Assembly (NCBI GenBank): GCA_965199855.1
Contig: OZ241326.1
Location: 1,376,001 to 1,440,000, forward strand
From: a bacterium
GTDB taxonomy: Bacteria > UBA8248
Direction of reading: 5' to 3'
DNA length: 64,000 nt
Shown: piece by piece, positions 39,384 through 47,829 of the stretch
How positions within the stretch are numbered: the first letter of the stretch is position 1
Layout: the number at the start of each line of letters is the position of its first letter
Notes under the pieces: generated by a model
The model's database searches: none
The model's input: only the letters and a program-made list of their open reading frames with translations
Told to the model about the DNA's origin: nothing
Position numbers and translations under genes: made by a program

Positions 39384-39761
39384 ATGGCGATGAGCGAGCG
39401 GGGCAGGGCGCTGTATGAGCGGATGAAGGCGGCGCGCGGGTTTATCTATCCGGCGTATGAGCTTCTGTGCGAGGTGGACCCCGACCTTCTGGAGAACTAC
39501 GAAAATCTGAAGAACCACATCATGAAGAAGCGGGGGCCGTTTCACGAGAAATACAAGGAGCTCTTCATCGCCGTGGCGAGCGCCTCGCGCGACCCCTCCG
39601 ACGCGGAAGGCATCAAGAACCATCTCAAGAGGGCCCTGCAGCTCGGGGCGACCGTGGAGGAGGCGACCGAGGCGCTCGAGTGCATGCTGCCCCCGTGCGG
39701 GATGACGGCGCTGGTGGCCGGATGCGCGCAGCTCAAGGAAGTGATAGACGAGGGGTATTGA
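39384..39761 (+). CDS. Carboxymuconolactone decarboxylase family protein
   Basis: KYKELFIAVA, HLKRALQLGATVEE..EAL; GGAGG RBS. Confidence 0.8.
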   Translation: MAMSERGRALYERMKAARGFIYPAYELLCEVDPDLLENYENLKNHIMKKRGPFHEKYKELFIAVASASRDPSDAEGIKNHLKRALQLGATVEEATEALECMLPPCGMTALVAGCAQLKEVIDEGY

Positions 39762-39826
39762 GGCGCGCCCGTTCTTTCTCCTCTCTCGCCCGCCGGGGCT
39801 TCCGGACGACGGAGCCTCCCCGCCCT

Positions 39827-41032
39827 TTACGCGCCGCAGTGCGCCCTGGCGGCGGTCGCGAACATGCCGGCGGCGTCGATGAGGTTCTGCGCCGGCACGC
39901 GCTCGTTCGGAAGATGCGCCTCCGAGATGAACTCGCCGGGGCCGAAGAAGACGCCCGGAATCCCGTTTTCGATGAAGAGCCGGAGCGCGCCGGGGGATTC
40001 GATGCCGGGCAGAAACTCGTTCGGCCTGCCCCGCACGGCGGGGACGACCCGCCGCATGAGCCGCACGACGGGCGCGTCCTCGGGGATTTCCGTCACCTCG
40101 CGCGCGCCGCTGGGCATGATTTCGAGGGACGCCTCGAACTCGGGGTCTTCCCGGGCGAGCTCCGCCAGGATCTCCTCGAGCTTCTCCTTGACGCCCGCCG
40201 AGGTCTGCCCCGGCAGCATCCGCACGTCGAAGGTGGCGCGGCATCGCCCGCCCACCACGTTGACCGCCGAGCCTCCCTCGATGGTGGAGAAGGCGAGGGT
40301 GGCGGGGCCCAGGAAGGGGTGCGGTTCCGGCGCGATGCGCTCCGCCCGGAAGGCGCCGATGATTGCGGCCATCTTCTCGATGGCGTTGACGCCCTTCTCC
40401 GGCACGCTTACGTGCGCCGAGCGGCCGCGCGCCCTGACCTCGAAGAACACCCGCCCCTTGAATGAGCGGATGACGTTGTTCCCCGTCGATTCGGTGTAGA
40501 GAACCATGTCGCCCGCCAGCTCCTTCAGGACGCCGCCGTCCGCCAGGGACTGCGCGCCGAAGCGGTCGCCCTTCTCGCCGTCGGAGAGCAGAACCCAGGT
40601 GAGCGCGCCCTTCAGGGGGACTTTCTCGTCCCGCAGCGCCTTGAGCGCGCCGAGGGTGGAGGCCAGGGCGCCTTTCATGTCGGCGGCGCCGCGGCCCCAG
40701 ACTTCTCCCTCCCGGAGCTCGCCGCTGAAGGGAGGAGCCCGCCAGGCTTCCGCCTCTTCGGGATGAACGGGGACGGTGTCCATGTGCCCGCCGATGACGA
40801 GGTGACCGCCCGCGCCTCCTCCGCCCGCGCGGATGATGAAGTTGGGCATTCCCGCCTCGTATTCATGGGTGATGATCTCGTCCGCCCCGATGGTCTTGAG
40901 CTCCGCCAGAATCCGCTCCGCCACGGCGGAGCAGTCCCCCGGCGGGTTCTCCGAGGGGATGCGTATCAGCTCCCGCGCGAGCCTCACTACGTAGTCCCCG
41001 TCCACCGGAACGGGGGTGATGGCGCTGTTCAC
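39827..41032 (-). CDS. M20 family metallopeptidase (ArgE/DapE-like)
   Basis: IPSENPPGD, GHMDTVP, GRGAADMKG, DGEKG, AHLPNE. Confidence 0.88.
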   Translation of the reverse strand: MNSAITPVPVDGDYVVRLARELIRIPSENPPGDCSAVAERILAELKTIGADEIITHEYEAGMPNFIIRAGGGGAGGHLVIGGHMDTVPVHPEEAEAWRAPPFSGELREGEVWGRGAADMKGALASTLGALKALRDEKVPLKGALTWVLLSDGEKGDRFGAQSLADGGVLKELAGDMVLYTESTGNNVIRSFKGRVFFEVRARGRSAHVSVPEKGVNAIEKMAAIIGAFRAERIAPEPHPFLGPATLAFSTIEGGSAVNVVGGRCRATFDVRMLPGQTSAGVKEKLEEILAELAREDPEFEASLEIMPSGAREVTEIPEDAPVVRLMRRVVPAVRGRPNEFLPGIESPGALRLFIENGIPGVFFGPGEFISEAHLPNERVPAQNLIDAAGMFATAARAHCGA

Positions 41033-41261
41033 GAAAAAACTCCTCTCAGAATGGGAACGTCCGCCTCCCCCGCCCGCGGCGGAGGCCGGCCCCGGGCGGG
41101 CCGCTCGCGGCGTCTCCGAGCCTCCGCAAGACTTCCGCCCGCGTCGGCTTTTCACTCCGCGCTTCAGCCGGCTCCCGATGAAGAAGGGTTGCCGCCTCCT
41201 CCCGGGGAACCGCGCCGGGAATGACGCCGCCGATGCCTTGGGTTCTGTCGAATGCCTCGGG

Positions 41262-42029
41262 TCACTTTGAAGACCCCTCGCTCGACTCATCCCGTTTGGC
41301 CCACCAATCTTTGATTGCGGCGTCCTGAAAAGTCTCAATCCCGTGTTTTCTGTTTTTGCGGAAATAGCGCCTGCCCTCGTCTGCTTTATTCTTGCGCGCC
41401 ACATCTTCGGCTGAAGGGCAGCAACCGTCGCGGAGCGTCGGACGCGTCGCAGTTGCCAGCAAGGCATCGAAATTCAGGCCCGGGCTGTCCGCCGGCGTCG
41501 GCCACGGGATTTTCAGGAAGCCGCGCCGATTGACGACGAGTTCCTCGCCGTATGCGGAGATTATCTTCTTTCCATAGAGCGACTTCTCTCCATCGCGGCG
41601 CGACTCCTCGGATACGCGCTTGGCCCAGCATTCGCGCGGATCATCGGGGACTGAGCCGTTCGGGTTCTCAAGGAGCGCGACGCATCCCCACCCACAGGCG
41701 GCCGAAATGCGGTTGCGCTTCTCGCCTTTGCTAGTCTCGGCAGTCCATAGGCGCGCCGCTTCCTGGACGAGGTCTTCGCCGGTAGTTATGTCTCGCGCGC
41801 ACGGGACGACAATAGCTTGCCCGAATTGCGCGCGGTCAAGAGCGGGGGAAAAGACCATCGTGTACGAATCTCCACGAGAGCGAGAAAGGCGCCCATAGCG
41901 AATCGGGACCTTTACATATTGCCTGTTGTCCACGTGGAGACGGTCGCGCCGCCATTCTTCTCTATGAGGCTTGTCGTCCCAATACAACGATCCGATTATC
42001 AATACGCCGATCCTGAATTTCCGTCTCAC
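41262..42029 (-). CDS. Hypothetical protein (possible gamma-glutamylcyclotransferase-like N-terminus)
   Basis: IGVLIIGSLYWD, PIRYGRLS, YFRKNRKHGIET; AT-richer than flanks; alternative ATG at 42095. Confidence 0.55.
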   Translation of the reverse strand: MRRKFRIGVLIIGSLYWDDKPHREEWRRDRLHVDNRQYVKVPIRYGRLSRSRGDSYTMVFSPALDRAQFGQAIVVPCARDITTGEDLVQEAARLWTAETSKGEKRNRISAACGWGCVALLENPNGSVPDDPRECWAKRVSEESRRDGEKSLYGKKIISAYGEELVVNRRGFLKIPWPTPADSPGLNFDALLATATRPTLRDGCCPSAEDVARKNKADEGRRYFRKNRKHGIETFQDAAIKDWWAKRDESSEGSSK

Positions 42030-42079
42030 CGACGTCGTCTTCCCGTTTTTCGCGCTCTTCGCCTCGCGGCGAGAATCCG

Positions 42080-43213
42080 TCAGGCGCTCATCCATCCCTC
42101 TATCCTGTCGGCGGCCTTCAAGCCGTGGCCCGTCGCCGGAACGACGACCGTCTCCGACGCCCTGATCTTTCCCGCCTCCGCGAGCAGGGCGGCGGCCGCG
42201 AAGGCGACCGCGCTCGTCGGCTCCATGAGAATCCCCTCGCGCGCGAACGCCCGGAGGACGGGGGGCAGGCGCGCGTCTTCCACCGCGAGAAAGCCGCCCC
42301 CGCTCTCGCGGGCGGCCGCGAGCATCCGCCTCCACCGGATGGGTTTCGAGATGGAAATGCCCTCGGCGAGCGTGGGCTTCGCGCGCAGAGCGGGCGGGGC
42401 CTCGAGATTCTCCTCCCACGTCCGCGCCATCGGCGCGCAGTTCGCCGCCTGCGCCGCGAAGATTCTCGGTAGCCTCTCGATGAGGCCGGCGCGCAGGAGC
42501 TCGGAAAACCCCCGGTGCGCGCCGATGAGCGTCGAGCCGTGGCCCGCGGGGACGACGACGGCGTCGGGGGCGCGGAAGCCGAGCTGCTCCCACGCCTCGA
42601 ACGCCCAGGTCTTGGTTCCGTGGTTGAACCAGTCGTTCCAGAAGTGCGAGGCGTAGAAGCGCTCCCCGGCCGCGGCGGCCGCCGCGGCCGAGGCGGCTTC
42701 CCGGGGGCCGGGCACTTCATGGAGAACGGCGCCGTAGGCGGCGATCTGCGCGCGCTTGGCCGCGGAGGTGGAGGCGGGGACGTAGATGTCGCACGCCACG
42801 CCCGCGCGCGCGGCGTAGGCGGCGATGGCGGCGGCCGCGTTGCCGGAGGAATCGGCCAGTATCTCTTCGATTCCCCACTCCTTGATCTTGGAGATGAGCG
42901 CGGCCGCGCCGCGATCCTTGAACGAGCCGGTGGGGAGGAGAAAATCGAGCTTGCAGAGGATTTCCATGCCTGCGAAGGGAACGGGGGCGAGCGGCGTCAT
43001 GCCCTCGCCCATGCTGACGACGCGCGCGTCGTCCGCTATCGGAATCGCCTCGCGGTAGCGCCAGAGGCCGGCGGGCCGCCCGGCGAGGGATTCGCGCGCG
43101 AACATGCCGCTCCATTCCACCTCCAGCGGCCCGCCGCAGCCGCATCGCCAGCGGGGGACGTCCGGGGGGTGCGCTTCGCCGCATTCGATGCAGGTGAGAC
43201 TCGCGTCGCCCAT
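42080..43213 (-). CDS. thrC: Threonine synthase-like PLP enzyme
   Basis: N-terminal CxxC...CxC, SMGEGMTPL, PTGSFKDRG, DSSGNA, GTKTWAFE, EPTSA, TGHGLK. Confidence 0.8.
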   Translation of the reverse strand: MGDASLTCIECGEAHPPDVPRWRCGCGGPLEVEWSGMFARESLAGRPAGLWRYREAIPIADDARVVSMGEGMTPLAPVPFAGMEILCKLDFLLPTGSFKDRGAAALISKIKEWGIEEILADSSGNAAAAIAAYAARAGVACDIYVPASTSAAKRAQIAAYGAVLHEVPGPREAASAAAAAAAGERFYASHFWNDWFNHGTKTWAFEAWEQLGFRAPDAVVVPAGHGSTLIGAHRGFSELLRAGLIERLPRIFAAQAANCAPMARTWEENLEAPPALRAKPTLAEGISISKPIRWRRMLAAARESGGGFLAVEDARLPPVLRAFAREGILMEPTSAVAFAAAALLAEAGKIRASETVVVPATGHGLKAADRIEGWMSA

Positions 43214-43357
43214 TTTTCGCCGTCCGCGCGTTCGCTTATAGTGCGGGTGATTCGAGGGCTTCAGGCTAAATGATTCCGCGCGCCCGCGTCCAGCCGCGCG
43301 GGAGCGGCTCGCCTCGGGGCGAGGGGTGCCCCGGGCCGCGGGAAAGGAGGGAGGAAG

Positions 43358-44659
43358 ATGGCGACCGACCCGAGGTTTTTTCCCGAAGACGGCCGCCTGG
43401 GCGGCGCCGCGGCTTCTTTCTCCGCCGCCGAGCGCGACAGGAGGTGGAACGCGGTTCGCGCCGCCATGGACGCGCGGGGGCTGGACTGCCTCCTCATCGT
43501 GGGGCGGGGGTCGAACGGCAACGGCAGCGTCCGCTGGCTCGACGGGGGCGACTACGGGGAGCGCAGCATGGTCTTCCCCCGCGAGGGCGCGCCCGTCACC
43601 TTCTGGCTCCTGCAGAACTGGGGCAAGTGGTACGCCGGCTCGTGCTTCGAGGGGGTGCGCTACCGGGGACACGAGGGCAAGGTGAGCATCGTGGCCGCCG
43701 ACGCCGTCCGGGAGCTGGGCTATGAGCGGGGGCGAATCGGCATCGTCGGCCTCATCGGAGGGGGCTACGGCGCGGAGGGCGCGATTCCCTACATGACCTA
43801 TCAGAACCTCAGACGCCTGCTGCCGGACGCGGCGTTTTCCGACGCCTCGGACGTCCTCGCGCGCCTTCGCATGGTGAAGAGCGCCGAGGAGGTCGCCATG
43901 ATGGAGAAGGCGGCGGAGATGGCGAACGTGGAGATAGACGCCGTGCTCGCGCATTGCCGCCCGGGCGTCCGCGAAAGCGAGATATACGCGGCGCTTTTCG
44001 ACGCCAGCCTGCGGGCGGGAGCGGAGGAGGGCCGCGACAACTGGCTGATTCTCTGCTCGGGCAAGGGCTTTCCGGTGAACCGCAGGCCCACGGACAGGAT
44101 TCTCCGCGCGGGGGACATGCTGTGCATCGGCTACTACGCGCGCTACGGGGGCTACTGGAGCCACCCGCACACCTCGATGTCGCTCGGCCCGATTGACGAG
44201 GAATACAGGCCGCTGCGCGACGCCGTGCGGGAGAGCCTCCACGCTGCGCTCGAGGCGCTCAGGCCCGGGACGCCCTGGTCGGAGGTGGACCGCGCCTCCG
44301 GCGAGGCGGTTCTGAGGGCGGGGTATTATCACGAAATTCCCCAGGTGCACGGCGTGGGGATAGACGGCATCGAGCCGCCCATGACGACGATATGCGCCGG
44401 CGAGATTCCCCGGAGCGCCCCCTGGCGGGAGCCCTTCGTGGAGGGGAGCCTGGCGGAGAACCCCGAATGGCGCGCCCTCGCGGGAGATCGCTACGGCTTT
44501 CTGGAGGATTTCGAGGTCGAGGCGGGCATGACGCTCGCCGTCGAGGTGAAGGCGGCCCACGAGGACAGGATGTTCCTGGTGTTCGGCCCCCAGGTGATCG
44601 TCGAGGCGGAGGGCGCCCGCGTCCTGAACCCCGACGCGATGGACGTAATCGAACTCTAG
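43358..44659 (+). CDS. M24 family (Xaa-Pro peptidase/creatinase-like) protein
   Basis: N-terminal creatinase-like domain, RMVKSAEE, RPGVRESE, HGVGID, GMTLAVE. Confidence 0.8.
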   Translation: MATDPRFFPEDGRLGGAAASFSAAERDRRWNAVRAAMDARGLDCLLIVGRGSNGNGSVRWLDGGDYGERSMVFPREGAPVTFWLLQNWGKWYAGSCFEGVRYRGHEGKVSIVAADAVRELGYERGRIGIVGLIGGGYGAEGAIPYMTYQNLRRLLPDAAFSDASDVLARLRMVKSAEEVAMMEKAAEMANVEIDAVLAHCRPGVRESEIYAALFDASLRAGAEEGRDNWLILCSGKGFPVNRRPTDRILRAGDMLCIGYYARYGGYWSHPHTSMSLGPIDEEYRPLRDAVRESLHAALEALRPGTPWSEVDRASGEAVLRAGYYHEIPQVHGVGIDGIEPPMTTICAGEIPRSAPWREPFVEGSLAENPEWRALAGDRYGFLEDFEVEAGMTLAVEVKAAHEDRMFLVFGPQVIVEAEGARVLNPDAMDVIEL

Positions 44660-44739
44660 GGACGAAAAGAGAGGCGAACGGGGGAGCCGCCCGGCGCTCC
44701 CGAAGGGCTTCTCACGGGCGAGCCGCGCCGCCGGCGGCG

Positions 44740-46080
44740 CTATTTTCCGTAGCGCGTCTCGTAGAAGTCGAGCATCTTCTGAATCTGCTCCCTGCTCACC
44801 CCCTTGCGCCAGGCGTGGTGCTTCCCCTTCACGAACTCCTCGCTCACGCCGGGCATCAGCTCCTCCGCCTCCGGCAGGAACTTGAAGTAGAAGTGCTTGG
44901 CGACCTCGTAGAACCCGTGCCACTGCGTGAAGTCCGGCCCCTGCATGGAGGCGCCCATCCGCGCGCGGCGGCCCTCGTGGTGCCACAGCTCGAAGAAGGT
45001 CCACTCGATCTTCTCGTCGAACGGGGCGACGGTGAGCTTCCCCTCCTTTCTGAGGGCGTTCATGACGTTCTGCGCCGGAATCGCGAACTTCTCGTTGTAG
45101 AGCTCGATGACGTTGTCGTATTGCGTATAGAAGGCGTTCACGAACGCCGGGCTGTGGCAGGCGCCGCACACGATCTTCATGTCCGCCCGCTTCCGCTCCC
45201 AGTCGGGGAGCTTCTTCGAGACGACGGGCCGCAGCGTCCAGCTGATGCGCTTGCCCACGTCGTGGGTGGTGGGCAGCTTCGGCGCCGCGCTCATGTGGCA
45301 CGTCGCGCAGGTGGGCGCCGCCGTGTAGTCCTTCCCGACCACCCAGCTCCGGCTCTCCAGGTTCATCTCCTTCTCGCGGGCGTGGAAGATGATGCCGTGC
45401 TTCGACTCCTCGTAGATCTCGATTTGGGGATGATCCGGCCCCATGTGGCACTTCCCGCAGTTCTCGGGCCGGCGCGACTGCGCGGGGGAGAACTGGTGCC
45501 GCGCGTGGCAGGCCGAGCAGGTGCCGTTGCTGCCGTCGGGGTTGATGCGCCCCATGCCCGTGTTGGGCCAGGTGGCGGGGTCGAGCCGCCCGCTGGCGAG
45601 CACCCGCACCGTCGAGCCGTGGCACTTCTGGCATCCGCCCACCGCCGCGGGCACGCCCTCGACGACGACGCCCAGGAAGTTGTCCAGGCTGCCGATGAAG
45701 CGCGCCGCCTTGGCGTGGTGGCTCGCCGTGAATTCCCTGGCCTGCTGGGCGTGGCACTTCGAGCAGTCCCTGGGCGAGACGATGACGGCGACCAGGGAGC
45801 CCTCGTGCTGCCAGGCGTCGCTGTCTTCCTTCTGCGCCTGGTGGCAGTCCAGGCAGCCCACCCCGAGCTGCGCGTGGCGGCTGTCGCGCCACTGGGCGAC
45901 GATGCCCGGCGATTTTTCCGTATGGCAGTTCACGCACCCCTCGTTTCTGGCGGTGACGATGGACTTCCTCTTGCGCTCGGGAACGAGGCGCTCGCTCTCG
46001 ATGAGGCCGACGATGAGGAGGGAGCCCAGGAAGAACAGGCTCAGGACGGCGACTATCCACTGCTTGGTTCGGAGCTGCAC
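44740..46080 (-). CDS. Membrane-anchored octaheme cytochrome c, hydroxylamine oxidoreductase family (epsilon-Hao-like)
   Basis: Eight CxxCH motifs (CVNCH, CLDCH, CSKCH, CQKCH, CSACH, CGKCH, CATCH, CGACH); CHMGPDHPQ.EIY; GASMQGPDFTQWHG; N-terminal TM helix. Confidence 0.9.
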   Translation of the reverse strand: MQLRTKQWIVAVLSLFFLGSLLIVGLIESERLVPERKRKSIVTARNEGCVNCHTEKSPGIVAQWRDSRHAQLGVGCLDCHQAQKEDSDAWQHEGSLVAVIVSPRDCSKCHAQQAREFTASHHAKAARFIGSLDNFLGVVVEGVPAAVGGCQKCHGSTVRVLASGRLDPATWPNTGMGRINPDGSNGTCSACHARHQFSPAQSRRPENCGKCHMGPDHPQIEIYEESKHGIIFHAREKEMNLESRSWVVGKDYTAAPTCATCHMSAAPKLPTTHDVGKRISWTLRPVVSKKLPDWERKRADMKIVCGACHSPAFVNAFYTQYDNVIELYNEKFAIPAQNVMNALRKEGKLTVAPFDEKIEWTFFELWHHEGRRARMGASMQGPDFTQWHGFYEVAKHFYFKFLPEAEELMPGVSEEFVKGKHHAWRKGVSREQIQKMLDFYETRYGK

Positions 46081-46098
46081 GGGCTTCCTCCTTTCTTC

Positions 46099-47154
46099 CT
46101 AGTGTCCCGAAAGACCCTCGATGACGAGGAATATCGTCATCGTGACGACGGCGAGAACGCCCGCGTAGACGCTGATCTCCCGGCCGGGGGCGAGGCGCTC
46201 GAGGGCGGCGTCCACCCACGGCCAGGCGAACATGAGGAGGACGGCGAGAATCGCGCCGATGATGCCCGCCTCGAAGGAGAACAGCTTGAGCCAGCGGAAG
46301 ACGGGGTAGAAATACCACTCGGGCTTGATGTGCTCGGGCGTTACGGCCGGGTTCGCCGGCTCGCCCATCTGGACGGGGAAGATGATGGCCAGCTGGCTGA
46401 CCAGGAAGATGAGAAAGACGCCCAGCGCCGCTTCGGTGAGGAAGTGATCCGGGAAGAACGGGAAGAAGCGGTCCTTCTTCGCCGCTTCGTCCCGGGGGTC
46501 GATGAACTCGCTCACCCCGTGAATGCGGATGAAGAAGACGTGCAGCGCCAGCAGGGCGAAGGCGGTCGTCGGCAGGATGCCGATGTGGAGCACGTAGAAG
46601 CGCGTGAGCGTGTTCGCGCCGACGACGGGGCCGCCGCGCATGAAGCCCGCGAGGTAGGGGCCGGCCACCGGCACGGCCGCCGCGATGTTCGCGCCCACGA
46701 CGGCGGCCCAGTAGGAGACCTGGTTGTAGATGAGGGAGTAGCCCGTGAAGCCGAACGTGAAGACGGTGATCAGAAGCCCCATGCCGATGAGCCAGTTGAG
46801 CTCGCGCGGCTTGCGGTACGCGCCGGTGAAGAACACCCGCATCATGTGGAGGATGACGGCCACCACCATCAGCTCCGCCGACCAGCGGTGTATCCCCCGA
46901 ATCCACCAGCCGAAGGGGACGGCCTCGGTGATGTGGCGCACCGACTCGTACGCCTTGCCCGGCTCCGGCACGTAGTAGAAGGCGAGGGCGATGCCCGTGA
47001 CGATTTGAATGAAGAACAGATACAGCGGCGTGCCGCCCACGCAGAACCACCATTTCTTGAGGTGGCGCGGAATGGGCTCGCTCGTGAGGTGTCTGAGGTG
47101 GCTCCAGTCGAAGGGAACCCGCTCTCCGAGCCAGGCTGCAATGCGGCCGTTCAC
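46099..47154 (-). CDS. Cytochrome b of a Rieske/cyt b complex (b6 + subunit IV fused type)
   Basis: WWFCVGG, IRGIHRWSA, LHMMRVFFTGAYRKPRELNW, RFYVLH, HIKPEWYF. Confidence 0.93.
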   Translation of the reverse strand: MNGRIAAWLGERVPFDWSHLRHLTSEPIPRHLKKWWFCVGGTPLYLFFIQIVTGIALAFYYVPEPGKAYESVRHITEAVPFGWWIRGIHRWSAELMVVAVILHMMRVFFTGAYRKPRELNWLIGMGLLITVFTFGFTGYSLIYNQVSYWAAVVGANIAAAVPVAGPYLAGFMRGGPVVGANTLTRFYVLHIGILPTTAFALLALHVFFIRIHGVSEFIDPRDEAAKKDRFFPFFPDHFLTEAALGVFLIFLVSQLAIIFPVQMGEPANPAVTPEHIKPEWYFYPVFRWLKLFSFEAGIIGAILAVLLMFAWPWVDAALERLAPGREISVYAGVLAVVTMTIFLVIEGLSGH

Positions 47155-47157
47155 GGC

Positions 47158-47613
47158 TCACGCCTCCGGCATGGTGACGAAAACGCTCGCCCCGCGCACT
47201 TCCACGGGGTATTGGGCGAGGGGGGTGGGCGGAGGGCCCGACGCGGGACGCCCGTCGGCGTCGAAGTAGCCGTTGTGGCAGGGGCAGAAGAAGACCTTTT
47301 TCTCTCCCTGCCAGTACACCTGGCACCCCAGGTGCGTGCAGGCGGTGGAGAACGCGCGCGCCGTCCCGCCCGCGCGCACGAGCAGGAATTTTCTGCCCGT
47401 GAGGTCGCGGGCGAGAAGGCTTCCGCCCTCGGGGATGTCGTCGAGGGAGCCTGCGAGCACCTGCGTGGTTCGAGGCGGGCGCTGCCTGCCGAAGAGATAG
47501 CGCAGCCCGTAGAGGGCGGCCGCGCCGTAGCTGACGATGAGGCCGCCGAGCATGAAGATCGTGGCGAGAAAGCCCCGCCGCTCGATGCCGCCGCCCGTCT
47601 CGGAAGACGCCAT
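47158..47613 (-). CDS. Rieske iron-sulfur subunit of Rieske/cyt b complex
   Basis: ERRGFL Tat motif, TM helix, CTHLGC and CPCHNG motifs, SGPPP.PL. Confidence 0.92.
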   Translation of the reverse strand: MASSETGGGIERRGFLATIFMLGGLIVSYGAAALYGLRYLFGRQRPPRTTQVLAGSLDDIPEGGSLLARDLTGRKFLLVRAGGTARAFSTACTHLGCQVYWQGEKKVFFCPCHNGYFDADGRPASGPPPTPLAQYPVEVRGASVFVTMPEA

Positions 47614-47829
47614 TCGCCTCCCCCCAAAGACGAAAGCCGCGCGCCGGAACCCGAGGCGCCCAAGCGCGATTATAGCGGAAAACCCGCCCGCCGCAAGGGA
47701 AAATCACCGGAGGCGGCGGGGCTTCGCCGCGCGAGGGCCGGGACCGCGCAAAGCGGGGCGGAATCTGATACGATGCGCCCCTATCGATGACGACGGCGGA
47801 ATGCGGATTTCCCGCTTGGAGGAAAAGGC

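Noticed and set aside
44740-46080. Evidence for ammonia oxidation (haoA)
   Set aside because: No haoB, cycA, cycB or amo genes nearby, and the cross-linking Tyr appears to be replaced by Trp
42080-47707. 1875-aa minus-strand ORF and other very long ORFs (8707-11415, 13533-16502, 44392-47790, 36742-39303)
   Set aside because: Shadow frames of GC-rich genes with Arg/Ala/Pro-rich low-complexity translations; only the thrC portion (42080-43213) of the longest is a real gene
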